Shown piece by piece: positions 12,295 through 23,093 of a stretch of 64,000 nucleotides of DNA (positions within the stretch are counted from its first letter, which is position 1; each line of letters opens with the position of its first letter). The stretch lies in the NCBI GenBank assembly GCA_052055015.1, contig JBQJIT010000001.1; one strand, 5' to 3'. This stretch comes from Malassezia furfur (lineage: Eukaryota). The notes under the pieces are model-generated. The model ran no database searches. It was not told where the DNA came from and saw only the letters and a program-made list of their open reading frames with translations. The position numbers and the translations under genes are program-made.

Positions 12295-13413
12295 ATGCCC
12301 ACTGCACCTGTCCGACGGTCTCAGCGTCTCGCACAGAAGAGCGAGGACGAGGCGTCCAAGTATACCCCGCCGCCTGCCCCCCAGCTGGACGCGTCCCCAG
12401 GCGCATTTGATGGTCCTCGACCGACTTGGGTGACTGGGGATGAACTTGAGCGAGACCGCCCGCATATGGCGCAGGAGGATGCCCCCGATCCCCATCATCT
12501 TCCCCCCCTTTCTTTGCACGCTCTCGATGCGATGCCCGCACAGCCTGGTGTTTGTGGGATGGGCATTGCCTTTGACGTGCCTAAATCGAACGCCACCCCG
12601 CCGTCCAAGCCCGGGACTTCAACATGCCGCTCTGGCTCCTCCAGGGCGTCCTCCGTGCGAAAGGAGTCAAGCGATACACTCCAGCCTTTGGCCAAGGACA
12701 CCCAAGCTCCTCGAGCCCCTCGTCTCTTGCCGTTGAATGATGGCAAGTTTCCGCCGGGCGACCTTCCGGCGCCAGATGGTGTTCTATGTCGTGCAGGTGA
12801 CAAGGAAGCGCTTGTCCCGAGTCGTGCGAACTTGGAGGCCGCGATGCCCAAGCGGACCAAGGCCCACCGGCCGCCGGCATCGTTTGATCATATGCCGCAG
12901 GAACGCGGTCTGACGGGGCTGGGCATATCTGTACCGAGCCAAGAGAACGAGACCCCAGAAGGTGGTGTTGCCGGCGTTCTGGCTCATTTGGAGCGTCTCT
13001 CGATCAAGGCCAAGCCGTCGAACCGGAAGCCTTTCGGTGAGCGCTCCTCGGATGTCAATGTGCCAACCGAACAGAGCAGCGCTACTAAGTCGCTGTCGAA
13101 GCTCAAACCGTCATCCACGAAGCTATCTGCGACGGCTCTGAAGCCCAAGGACACCGACGAAACACGCTTGCAGGACAAGACCTCCAAAGCGACATCCACG
13201 GGTGCCAGCGCGCCGTTGGGTATGCTTGACGAAAACGGGCGGCCTATCTCGTACATGGCACCGACAAAACGCTACCCTACTTTCTCGGATCGAAGGCCGC
13301 GGAGCAGTGTGTCTGCTCCTAGGCTCTCGCATGATCGTACGGCGTTTGCGGTGCACCGCAGCTACACGCGACCTGGTATGGGCGCTGCGCGTCCCCCACT
13401 TCTCCTCCGTTAA
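12295..13413 (+). CDS. Hypothetical low-complexity Ser/Pro/Lys-rich protein
   Basis: Long ORF filling the gap between recognisable genes; no recognisable domain; start uncertain. Confidence 0.55.
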   Translation: MPTAPVRRSQRLAQKSEDEASKYTPPPAPQLDASPGAFDGPRPTWVTGDELERDRPHMAQEDAPDPHHLPPLSLHALDAMPAQPGVCGMGIAFDVPKSNATPPSKPGTSTCRSGSSRASSVRKESSDTLQPLAKDTQAPRAPRLLPLNDGKFPPGDLPAPDGVLCRAGDKEALVPSRANLEAAMPKRTKAHRPPASFDHMPQERGLTGLGISVPSQENETPEGGVAGVLAHLERLSIKAKPSNRKPFGERSSDVNVPTEQSSATKSLSKLKPSSTKLSATALKPKDTDETRLQDKTSKATSTGASAPLGMLDENGRPISYMAPTKRYPTFSDRRPRSSVSAPRLSHDRTAFAVHRSYTRPGMGAARPPLLLR

Positions 13414-13542
13414 TCATGTATTATAGACATAGGCCAATGGTTTTTCATCTACGAGTTGCGCGCCCCTCACGACGCGAGGACCATCAGGGTGTCGCCTGCC
13501 CGTCTTGGCATCGCTGTTTCGTAGACCTCCGTAAAGAATGTT

Positions 13543-14829
13543 TTAGGCGGCGGGCAGCGGGCCCATGGGACACAACTGGAAGAAGCGCTCGCGGGGGATC
13601 CATACCAGTGCCGCACGCTTGTGCCCGAGATCAATCAGTTTTTCGACATGGCCACCGCACATGCATTCGTACTCCACCATCTTGGTGTTGCTCGCCCGGG
13701 GCTCACTGACCACGCGCATCGTGCGCGGGTCAAGCAAAAAGAGTAGGTGAATCACACCACCCATCCAGGAGCGCACGCGGTGCGGACCACGGAAACGCTC
13801 CTCGCCAACTAGCGCATGGAAGCCGCGATCGTAGTCGTTTGCATCGTAAAAGTCCCGCAGGTTGCTCTGCTTCGCGTGGTAAATTTCCAGGTACCCAAAC
13901 GGTTCACCGTCCCACTCGCCAATGAGCGCCGTGCAGTAGGGTGCGGCCTCCTGGGCTGCGAGGTACTCGCGGTGCTTTTCGCGGGGCATATCCTGCCGCC
14001 AGCCCGTATTGACACGCTCACTGGCGTGCCAACGATGGACCAAATCCACGTCCGTCTCAGAGGAGGAGCGCGCAAGACGGAGTGTAAGGGTCTGCTTCAG
14101 CTCGGGAATATAGCGGCGGTACAGCGGAACCTGGGCGTGCTGGACGCTCCACAGACCGAGCTTGGGAAGACACGCAGCGTACAGACTGCCGGGCGCGGAG
14201 CTATCCGGCGCAGAACGGAGCATCTCGGTGACGTTGGCTGCACGCGGGTCCAGATCAAGCGCAGGCACCCAGCCACCAGCAGGCAGCGGGCCGGCGCCCT
14301 GCCAAAAGGCCGCGCGCGACAACAGCACCGAGGCCGGTAGGGGTTCGGTGTCCGTGCATGCAGGATTCGGCAATGCAAGCTCAGATTGCAACAGTGACGT
14401 GACCCACGCGTCAGGCGTAATAGAAGGACGCGTGGCGAGCACAAAGTACTCTTGGTCTGGCCACAGCGTGAAGAAGACGTAGGCAAACGTCCAGACGTGG
14501 AGCAAGGTGAGCTGCGCTGCACCTGCGAGCTCGACGTGCGCAAAGCGTAAGGCACGTGCCTTCAGGGTATTGTCGTCCGGCTCCTGCGAGGGATGTGTGT
14601 AGGGAGCGGCCGGGGGCGCGACCTTCATGACGCCATCGTGCGCGATCAGTGCGGATGGCTGTGCAGCTGTCGGCGTTACGACGTGCAGGGGACCGTTTTG
14701 GTGGGCGGCGCTGCTCTCCGCGTGCGCGACGTGGATGGTGAGCGTGCTATCGCCATTCACCAAGAGTGGGTAAGATCCAGGTGCGATTGTCGTGGGCCAT
14801 ACGCCCTTCTTCGCAAGCCAGCCGGACAT
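13543..14829 (-). CDS. Siderophore N5-hydroxyornithine acyltransferase (IucB/AlcB GNAT domain; SidF/SidL/Fer5-like)
   Basis: C-terminal GYLEIY...DRGFHALVGEERFRG...LFLLDPRTMRVVSEPRASN...KRAALV; divergent from ornithine monooxygenase. Confidence 0.85.
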   Translation of the reverse strand: MSGWLAKKGVWPTTIAPGSYPLLVNGDSTLTIHVAHAESSAAHQNGPLHVVTPTAAQPSALIAHDGVMKVAPPAAPYTHPSQEPDDNTLKARALRFAHVELAGAAQLTLLHVWTFAYVFFTLWPDQEYFVLATRPSITPDAWVTSLLQSELALPNPACTDTEPLPASVLLSRAAFWQGAGPLPAGGWVPALDLDPRAANVTEMLRSAPDSSAPGSLYAACLPKLGLWSVQHAQVPLYRRYIPELKQTLTLRLARSSSETDVDLVHRWHASERVNTGWRQDMPREKHREYLAAQEAAPYCTALIGEWDGEPFGYLEIYHAKQSNLRDFYDANDYDRGFHALVGEERFRGPHRVRSWMGGVIHLLFLLDPRTMRVVSEPRASNTKMVEYECMCGGHVEKLIDLGHKRAALVWIPRERFFQLCPMGPLPAA

Positions 14830-15018
14830 GGTGATCTGCAGCAGTGTTGCTCCACTTGCCGTGCGCCAAGAATTTTTAGTGCGTTGAGGGACCCGGGTAG
14901 CCAAAAGTGGCATGCGACCGTGCGTAATCGATCAAGATTGAGCGAGTTACCGGACGTAGATCTGATGTGTGTCGCACAAAAGTCTGCGGACAAGTCGTCA
15001 GTTTCTTCTTACCGCAAC

Positions 15019-16756
15019 ATGGGAGAGCGCGTGTATGATCTCGTTGGCATCGGCTTTGGTACGTGAGCGCTGGACGCTTATCTAGGTCCGGCAAACCTGG
15101 CCCTGTGTATCGCGCTGCATGAGAGCGAAGAGGCCAAGATGAAAAACTTCTCCATGCTTTTCCTGGAGAAGCAATCGCAGTTTGCCTGGTACGTGGTCAA
15201 CTAACCCCAGGCATCCTTCGTTGCTCCTGCCTGGCGCGCAGCTGCAGGTATCGCCCATTAAGGACCTTGCGACCATGCGCGATCCGACGTCGGCCTACTC
15301 CTTCCTCAACTTTTTGCACACGCAAGGCCGCCTTGCGCAGTACATCAACCGCGAAGAGAAGGTGCCAAGCCGGCGTGAATGGAGTGCGTACCTCGCATGG
15401 GCCGCGCAGCGTATGGATTCATACGTGCAGTACAGCCGCGTCGTGACCGATATCGAGCCTGTCGAGCGGCACGGAAAAGTTGCGTTTCTCAAAGTGCTCG
15501 CCAAGAACCTGGCCACCGGCGCACAAGAGACGGTGCTTGCGCGCAACGTCACGACCGCGGTCGGTGGCAGTGCCAACGTCCCTGCCGTGTTCCGCGAGAT
15601 GTACCAGTGGCCGCCGAAGAGTGCCGACGAGGTTTCGCGCGTGGTGCATGCCTCGACGTTCCTGCCACAGATGGAGCGGCTCGATAAGGTGCTGCAGCGC
15701 ATCCAGCTCGACGAGCGCAAAGAACCGCTGCGTCTGGCGGTCGTGGGCGGAGGCCAGTCGTCTGCCGAGATGATGTGCTACCTGCGCGACCGCATCCCCG
15801 AGGCCGACCTGGACATGATTGTGCGTGCCTCGGCACTGGTGCCGTCAGACGACTCGCCGTTTGTGAACAGTGCGGCGTTTGACCCAGAGAGCGTCACAAC
15901 GTTCTGGGAGAGCAGCGCGCGCGCCCGCCGTGCGCAGCTGGACGAGTTCAAGCGCACCAACTACTCGGTGATCCGGAGCGACCTCCTGTCGCAGGTGTAC
16001 GAGATGGTGTACGACCAGGAAATTGACTATCACGACCCCTATATGGCGAAAAAGGGCATCGTGCGGGTCATGGCGAGCACGACACTGCTCGAGGCGGAGC
16101 AGCTCGGCAACGGCAAGATCCGCGTGACAACCGCTACGACGGCCGGCGACAAGGTTGTACGGACAGACGAGTACGATGCGCTGTTCCTCGGTACGGGCTT
16201 TGAACGCGCGGCCAGCACCCTCCCCTTTGTCCATACGCTCGCGGAGCACTTCCCGCTGCTTTCGGTGGAGGGTGTGCGGGAGCTGCGCGAGCGTGAGTTG
16301 GCCGAAGACGACCTGATTGCGACGTCGCCGAACCCCGATGCGGCGCGTGCGACGGCGCGCGGCATCACGCGCGACTACCGCCTCGTCCCGTCGAACCCCA
16401 CGCGGTGGCGCCACGATGCGACGTCGGCCGTATCGCTGCACCCGGCGGTGCTGGAGCGCATCCCACAGAGCCGAATGGGCCACGAGGGCAGCCGCGAAAA
16501 CAGTGTCGCATCGGCGCGCCGCGGCGACTCAGGGTACAGCTCGAGTCCGGTGCCCGGCTCGCCGAAGCACGAGCTGAGTGAGGCGCTGCACCGCCCCGGG
16601 GCGCCGGCGAACGTGTACGTGTTTGGGTGCAACGAATATACACACGGTCTGTCCGACAGCCTGATGTCCATGGTCGCGCACCGGGCAGGCGTAGTGAGTG
16701 CGTCGCTGCTGGCATCGACGCCGATGGCGGCTGACGCGAGCGCTGCCGAGAAGTGA
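15019..16756 (+). CDS. sid1: L-ornithine N5-monooxygenase (Sid1/SidA)
   Basis: DLVGIGF^GPANLAL (intron 15059-15085, 27 nt), FAW^HPS (intron 15189-15210, 22 nt), GGGQSSAE, TNYS, GTGF, THGLSDSL. Confidence 0.92.
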
Positions 16757-16899
16757 GGGTGGGGACCCCGCGCGCGGGCCCTGCGCGTGTCGGCGCGGGC
16801 TGGGGCCGTGGGATGCGTCCATAGAGGTACGGCCGAGTACGAATGCACCGCTTTCCCGGTCTCTGGTTTCGCGCCACGGCGCGGCTCTACATCACGTCG

Positions 16900-19800
16900 C
16901 TACTTGCGCCGGACGGCTGGCGGGGTCATGTGGAAGGGACGGCGCACGTCCTGCGAGGTATAGTCCACATGCAGCGCATCGCTGTAGCATGTCTTGAGGA
17001 TGCGCAGGAAACGGTCCGTCTCGCGCGCAAACGCGTCCTCGCTGGCACGCCACACCTGGCCGAGCACCTCGGCGAGCTCGTCACGATCGAGCGCCACGGG
17101 CGCTCCCGCGGCGCTCGTGTCATCGTCGTCGGCAAAGTGCTTTTGCACGCGCTTCGCGAGCGCCTCGACGGCCTTGCGCAGGTCCTTGGCGGTGTACTCG
17201 CGAACGAGCTTCTTGGCGGAGGACTTGGAGTAGGCGCTGTGCAGCGTCACCTCGTTCGCCGGCGTCGTCTGGAGGAGCGCGTCAATGCCGTTGCCAAAGT
17301 CGATCATTTTGCCGAGCGGACGTCGCAGCACGGTCTGCACGTAGCCGTGGAGCGCGTGTGTGTACATCGCCTGTGCCTGCTCGCGCACCTGCACAAGCGC
17401 CGCGTTGGGCGGCAGGCCCGGCTGGATGCGCGTATGGAGGTGGTGCGTGTTTTCGAGGAGGACAACGAGGTGGTGCAGCTGGCCCTTGTCGTCGTCCGCA
17501 CCGACTGCACCGGCACTCGAGAGCGACTGGAGCAGCGTGAACATGGCGCGTGCAATCCGCTCGTACGCCTCGTTGATCGTGGCGCGCACCGGCAGGTCGT
17601 CGGCGTCCACGAGCTGCGCCTCGATGCGCTGCACGAACGGGGCAAAGGCACGCACGAACGGCACGATGCCTTTGCGCTTCTTGAGCGCAACCGGCGTGTG
17701 CTCCACGGCGTGTAGCTGCTCGTCGATGAGGCGCGCGACGTCGGTGTGCATCCGCGTCAGCACCTTGCCGAGCGCCGGCACAAGGAACTCGCCGCTGCGC
17801 CGCGCAGCCGACTCGCGCACCACGCGCTCCGTCTCGGCAAGCATCCCGACTACGTGCACGCGGTCAGCCGCCGCGACGCTCGCGACAAACGCATCCAGCT
17901 CGGGCGTGAGCGCGGCAAACACCTGGCTGAGTGCGCGCGTCATCTCGGTGCCGTCCGTCGCGGGGGCCGACATGGTGATCACCGCGCGGTGGCGATAGTG
18001 CGCCTCGAGGTCCATGTAGTCCGCAAACGTCAGGTTGGAGTCGTTGATGTGCAGCAGGTCCGACAGGAACGCGTGCTCGTCCTGGATGCGCGCGACAAGC
18101 GCGGCGTACACACGCTGCAGCGCCTCCCATGGCAGGGTCTCTGCACCGCGGCTCGGGCCGAGCAGGCTCCGTTCGCGCTGCAGGCTGCCGCGGCGTGCGC
18201 GCTGCGCATCGTCGGCGAGCAGCTGGTGGCGCCACGCGGCCAGCACGCGCTGCAGCTCCACCTGGTAGAGGTACGCGGCGCTGCGCAGGTACAGTGCCGA
18301 GAGCTGCTCAAACAGCCCGGGCGTCGTCTCCTTCATGTAGAGCATCAGGCCGCAGTAGCGCCCCGCAGCCTGCTCGAGGCGCTCGTGCGGCGGCAGCGTC
18401 GCGTTCGGCGCCGAGAGCTGGCGCACCTCGTTCGGGTCCGCGAGCGTCGCCTTGACCTCGCGCTCAAGCACGTCGGCGACGCCGCGCACGACACGCGTAC
18501 TGAAGCGGTCCGCAAGCGTCTCGTACTGCCGCAGACGCGAGGCCATCGTGCTCAGCTCCGTGCCGGCCTGGCGCGTGTGCTGGTCGGGGCGCGTCTGCAG
18601 AATGCTCTTGTACAGCGTCGTGGCCGCCGCCTCGATCTGCGCCACGTCGGCCACCGACTCCACGTCGACGGTCGACAGCTGCCGCACGGTCTCGCTGTCG
18701 ACATTGTCGCTCGCGAGCATCGCCTGGATCTCGTGCAGCAGCACACGCTGGTTCGACGTCTGCACCTGCAGTCCGCGGTTCTGGCTCTCGACGTACGCAA
18801 TGTCTTCAGCGCGCGCGTTTAGCTCACGCTTGTACCCGGCGATGCTCCCGTCCAGCTGGTCCAGGTAGCTCAGCGCCGCTTCCATGCTGCGCAGCACCTC
18901 GCCCACGCGCTCGTCCGACTCGATCATCGCGTGGATGTTGGACGACTCAAGCGCCGCCAGCTCCTCAAGCAGACGCGCCTCGATCACGTCTGCGGTGCCC
19001 GCCTGGCTCTTCGCCGTGCGCACGTCAAGCGACAGCGTGCCGCCTTTCCACTCGAAGCCCTCGAGCATCTCTTCGACGTGCGTCAACGTGGGGTTCTCTT
19101 TCCCGCCCGCTCGCCGCGCCGCGGCACTCTCGGCAGCAGTCGGCGCCAGCGCCGCAGCAGGACGCGACAGCCCTGCAGGGCGGGCACTCGGCGAGGCACG
19201 CGCACTCGCTAGCTCGGCCTGTACAAGCGACGGGCGGCGGAAGACATCCGCCGCCGCGGCGGGCGGCGTAGCGGATACCTCGCGGTCGGGAACGACGCCC
19301 ATTTGGGCGAGGACGTCGGACGACACCGCGGGCGTCATGGGGGATTCCGTGCGGGCCACAGCGGGCCCCGGAGCAGGGGTGGGGACAGGCGCCAGCGTCG
19401 GTGCCGCGGGATCAGTGCGCAGCACGGGTGCCGGCGCCGTGCGCTCGGCCTTGGACACGGGCGCGGGCGCGGTCGGCTCTGCCTGGGGCACCGGCGCCGC
19501 CTGGGGCGCCGGTTCCGTCCGCCGGGGCGTCGCGGGCGACTCGGGCAACGCACTCCGGAAAGATGCAGGCATGCTCTGGGGCGGCGACTCAAGCGCCTGT
19601 GCGGGGGCGATCGGCGGCAGTTGCGGCGCCGCATGCACCGGCGAAGCGGACTGCGCCGGCGCTGGGTCGGCCTGCTCAGGCGCCGGGACGACGGGCGCGC
19701 GCATCTGCACCGTATGCGCAGGCTGCGACGCGACCATCTCACCAAACGTCCAGCCGACGCACCGTGGTGCGCGGCCCGTGATGCGCTTGAGCGTGCGTGC

Positions 19801-20154
19801 GACGCTTGTGAGAAACTCGGTGGGGTCCTGCGTCCTGTCCGCCTGCCAGCGGTACGACCGCGCCAGTGTGATCTTTACAAACGACTCGGGCTGCAGCTCA
19901 AGCTCCTTGAGTGTGGCCAGATCCCATTCCTTGCCGATACTAAACGAGCCGTTCGCGTTGCGCTTCGCCTTGTACAGCGCGGCCGACTGGGCGTCGGGCG
20001 ACTGGGCCACGAGCAGGTACCGCGTTTTGTGCGAGGAGGCAGGCGCCTTCTCATCCGGGTATTCGTACACTTTTAGGTGCGCCGTGTACTCGCGCGATGC
20101 GCCGCGGCTCTGCAGTGCCGCCGCGAACTGCTCGCGGAACGTCGCGGCGGACAT
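16900..20154 (-). CDS. SEC3: Exocyst subunit Sec3
   Basis: N-terminal PIP2-binding motif KAKRNANGSFSIGKEWDL; IESQNRGLQVQTSNQ-type coiled-coil motif; Pro/Ala-rich linker. Confidence 0.9.
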   Translation of the reverse strand: MSAATFREQFAAALQSRGASREYTAHLKVYEYPDEKAPASSHKTRYLLVAQSPDAQSAALYKAKRNANGSFSIGKEWDLATLKELELQPESFVKITLARSYRWQADRTQDPTEFLTSVARTLKRITGRAPRCVGWTFGEMVASQPAHTVQMRAPVVPAPEQADPAPAQSASPVHAAPQLPPIAPAQALESPPQSMPASFRSALPESPATPRRTEPAPQAAPVPQAEPTAPAPVSKAERTAPAPVLRTDPAAPTLAPVPTPAPGPAVARTESPMTPAVSSDVLAQMGVVPDREVSATPPAAAADVFRRPSLVQAELASARASPSARPAGLSRPAAALAPTAAESAAARRAGGKENPTLTHVEEMLEGFEWKGGTLSLDVRTAKSQAGTADVIEARLLEELAALESSNIHAMIESDERVGEVLRSMEAALSYLDQLDGSIAGYKRELNARAEDIAYVESQNRGLQVQTSNQRVLLHEIQAMLASDNVDSETVRQLSTVDVESVADVAQIEAAATTLYKSILQTRPDQHTRQAGTELSTMASRLRQYETLADRFSTRVVRGVADVLEREVKATLADPNEVRQLSAPNATLPPHERLEQAAGRYCGLMLYMKETTPGLFEQLSALYLRSAAYLYQVELQRVLAAWRHQLLADDAQRARRGSLQRERSLLGPSRGAETLPWEALQRVYAALVARIQDEHAFLSDLLHINDSNLTFADYMDLEAHYRHRAVITMSAPATDGTEMTRALSQVFAALTPELDAFVASVAAADRVHVVGMLAETERVVRESAARRSGEFLVPALGKVLTRMHTDVARLIDEQLHAVEHTPVALKKRKGIVPFVRAFAPFVQRIEAQLVDADDLPVRATINEAYERIARAMFTLLQSLSSAGAVGADDDKGQLHHLVVLLENTHHLHTRIQPGLPPNAALVQVREQAQAMYTHALHGYVQTVLRRPLGKMIDFGNGIDALLQTTPANEVTLHSAYSKSSAKKLVREYTAKDLRKAVEALAKRVQKHFADDDDTSAAGAPVALDRDELAEVLGQVWRASEDAFARETDRFLRILKTCYSDALHVDYTSQDVRRPFHMTPPAVRRK

Positions 20155-20220
20155 GGCGGGCGGTTCGGGAGGCAGTCGATGTGGAGGGTGGGGCATGGGG
20201 GCTCGGCAGAGCCGGCGCGG

Positions 20221-21993
20221 CTATGGGACACGGATGCTTTCGCCGTGATTGATCAGCGCAAACGTGGGCACGTCGGGCGCGCCATCGTAGTGGCGCGCAT
20301 AGTGGACATTCTGGATGGTACACGCGGCCTGTAGCCGGAAGATGGTCTCAGTGACTTCGTCGGCCCCGCCCACAAACGTGCCCCAGTGGATCGCCAGGCA
20401 CACGGGCGCGCGTGGGCCTTGGTGCGCACGCGTCATCACGCGGAACACATTCACAGCGTCCGCTGTCGTCATGTGGTTCGCACCGGTGAGCCCGTCCGAG
20501 AGCCGCGGGAACGGACTGAGCCAGTCGGGGAACACATCAAAACTTTTCAGGTACGCAAACGTCGCGCCCACCGAGATCGGCAACAGCAGCATGTCGGGCG
20601 GCCCAATGCGCTGCGCCACCTCGGCAAATGCGGGGCACGCGGGGTATTTGTGCGCACCCTTGCGTTTGCGCTTTCGATCAGCCAGACGGAAGGGCAGCGA
20701 CGACCGCCGCCCCGGTGACGGCGGGCGGTCTTCCTGCTTGCGCAGGTGCTCGAGCCGACTGCGTGCATCAAGGAAAGAGCGGGCCCACTCGGGCGGCCGC
20801 GGAAGCAGTTTTGGCGAGCTGGTGGGCGACGTCGTGAGCGTCGATGACGGCACGGGTGACGCGGGTCGCCCCGAGTCGGAGTTGGTGGCAGACGACCCCT
20901 CCTCGTCCGCACACCCATAGGTATCCTCACAACGGTCGTCACTGTCATGGAAGCGGTAGCCCGAGTCGCCACCGAAAAAGACACGGTAGGCGTCCTCGGG
21001 CTTGTCACCCGTGCGGTTCTCCAGCATCCAGCTGGACCACAACGTGCGGCCCGCGTCAGTCGCAGTGCGCCCCGAGCCATGTTGCGCCGGTGTGCACACA
21101 ATTCGCAGAGGCACATAGGCACTGGACGCCGGCGTCCCTGGCGTGCCCGACGTGGAGCCCCGCTCGGACACTGTGGATGCGCCCGACCTCGACGAGGGCT
21201 CCGACGGATCGCACACGGCCACGCTGTGCGGGAAAATGTGCGCCTCGTCCCACCAGTCCATCTCGGTTACGTGCTCGGGCGCTACGCCCGGTGAATCGTG
21301 GATGAACCACTTCTTGTTGCCGAGCGGCACAAAAAACTGGATGGTGTCGTAGAAGCGCTCCCAGAGCGCGACGATGGTGTTATAGTCAAGATGGTCGTAG
21401 TGGTTGTGCGAGATGAACACCGCGTCGATCGGCGGCAAATCCTCGACCGCACACGGCGCAGGGAAGAAGCGGTGCGGCCCCACGAGCTGCGACGGGGAGC
21501 ACCGTGCGGAAAAGATGGGGTCAAACAGGGCATGAAAGGGTCGCGATGTGCCATCGAGGCTGGGCAGCTGCACCAGCACGCCGGCGTGCCCCAGCCACGT
21601 CGCGCGTGCGCGGTCCGTGTCGCCAAACGCAAAGTCGGGTTTTTCGACGTGCAAGGGCAGCGACGGACGCCGGCGCAAGAAGTCCAGGGGCAAGAAGCCC
21701 GACTCCTTCTCTGGCGTTTCAGAGCGTGTATCCGGAGACGAGGGACGCAGCGAAAACGAGTGACGCAGTTGCGACACCCAGCTGGCGTGCTGCGTCTGGA
21801 CGGTGGAGCCATCCCGTTCGCCCCACTCGAGGCCCTGGACGACCTGCGCCGCAGACGGCTTCAGCCAGCTGTCCCATGGGTTCTGAAAGCCCACGGTCTC
21901 CGGCGCACGGCTGTCGTGGCGCTCGACAATGTGGTGGGCCGGCGGGTCAGCGTGTTGCACACGCTTCAGCTCGACCCGGAGCGGACTTGGCAT
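20221..21993 (-). CDS. N-acyl-phosphatidylethanolamine phospholipase D-like metallo-beta-lactamase
   Basis: FQNPW, TWLGHA, DPIFSARCSP, ISHNHYDHLD, PAQHGSGR, FFGGDSGY, AIHWGTF. Confidence 0.87.
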   Translation of the reverse strand: MPSPLRVELKRVQHADPPAHHIVERHDSRAPETVGFQNPWDSWLKPSAAQVVQGLEWGERDGSTVQTQHASWVSQLRHSFSLRPSSPDTRSETPEKESGFLPLDFLRRRPSLPLHVEKPDFAFGDTDRARATWLGHAGVLVQLPSLDGTSRPFHALFDPIFSARCSPSQLVGPHRFFPAPCAVEDLPPIDAVFISHNHYDHLDYNTIVALWERFYDTIQFFVPLGNKKWFIHDSPGVAPEHVTEMDWWDEAHIFPHSVAVCDPSEPSSRSGASTVSERGSTSGTPGTPASSAYVPLRIVCTPAQHGSGRTATDAGRTLWSSWMLENRTGDKPEDAYRVFFGGDSGYRFHDSDDRCEDTYGCADEEGSSATNSDSGRPASPVPSSTLTTSPTSSPKLLPRPPEWARSFLDARSRLEHLRKQEDRPPSPGRRSSLPFRLADRKRKRKGAHKYPACPAFAEVAQRIGPPDMLLLPISVGATFAYLKSFDVFPDWLSPFPRLSDGLTGANHMTTADAVNVFRVMTRAHQGPRAPVCLAIHWGTFVGGADEVTETIFRLQAACTIQNVHYARHYDGAPDVPTFALINHGESIRVP

Positions 21994-22033
21994 GGACGTG
22001 CTGACAAAACAACCCCGCAAGAGTGCTACCAGG

Positions 22034-23088
22034 ATGGAAACGCGGTGCATCGCAGGTGCACGGGCGCTCTTGTTCCGCAGCGCTCGGCCGCGCGCCGGCG
22101 TGCTGTTTGTTCCGGGTAGGCAGTCCGACTGATGCAGGCAACCCTGGCATGGCCGAGTACTATACGTCGTTTCTCGAGACGCTCTGTGCCCAATATGCAG
22201 AAACGACAGCGCTGTGCGTTTCCTCGTTGGGGCAGGATGTTGGCAACGGCGATATGGGTACACGCCTCGACGAAGGTATGGGCACGCTGCTGTCTCCGAC
22301 GGGCCGCGTTCGCGTCGCGGGCCGCACACGTCCATACTATGCGCTGCAGGACCAAATTGCGCTCCAGCGCCGTGCCTTGGACGTGTTGACGCGCCTCCTA
22401 CCATCCGATGCGCCCATCTTCGTGTTTGGACACAGCGTTGGTGCCTACATTGCACTGCAGCTCCTACAGCAGCACGATCGTGTCCGCGGCGTGTACCTCC
22501 TGTTCCCTACAATCAGCTACATCGCCAAAGCGCCGCGTGCTTCGTCGCTGCGCCTTGTCCTAACGCCATGGGGTGCATGGATCGCACAAGGCTTCGCCGC
22601 CTTCCTTGCCTTGTTCCCCTTTACATGGATCTGTGCGCTGATCTCGCTCGTGACACGCATGGATGTGCGGTCTGCTGAGGTCACCGCGGCCTTCGTCACG
22701 GGCCCTGGCGCCGCGTGGAATGCGCTGTGCATGGCCATGGACGAGATGCGCACCATCACGACGATCCCGCAGCACCTGGTTGAGCACCTCGATAAGCACC
22801 AGACGCTGCTACGTGCCTACTTTGGCCATGGCGAGACAGTACGTACGTCGCTGACCCAGGATACGTGGGTACCCTCGTGGCAGCGCCAGCATGCCGAAGA
22901 GGTGCTATCGCTTGCACCCGTGTCTGACCCTCTGGTTCCCCGCACATCCGCAGTGTGCGAGCTGGGCATGCCGCATGCATTTTGCCTACGTACGTCGCTC
23001 TGCTCACCCAGGGCACAGTCGCCCGATGGCCGAGATCGCGGCACGCTGGCTGGCGGCCGACATGGCCGGTGGAGGTAGTCGTTCCTAG
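22034..23088 (+). CDS. Lipid-droplet-associated serine hydrolase (LDAH/DUF2305)
   Basis: VP^GNPG...YY..FL, GHSVG nucleophile, D.WVP, HAFCL^RHS; introns 22116-22137 (22 nt), 22839-22859 (21), 22990-23011 (22). Confidence 0.85.
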
Positions 23089-23093
23089 AGACC

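Noticed and set aside
19330..19700. Imperfect repeats (PAPAPV-like) in SEC3
   Set aside because: Coding Pro/Ala-rich linker, not a CRISPR array or mobile repeat.
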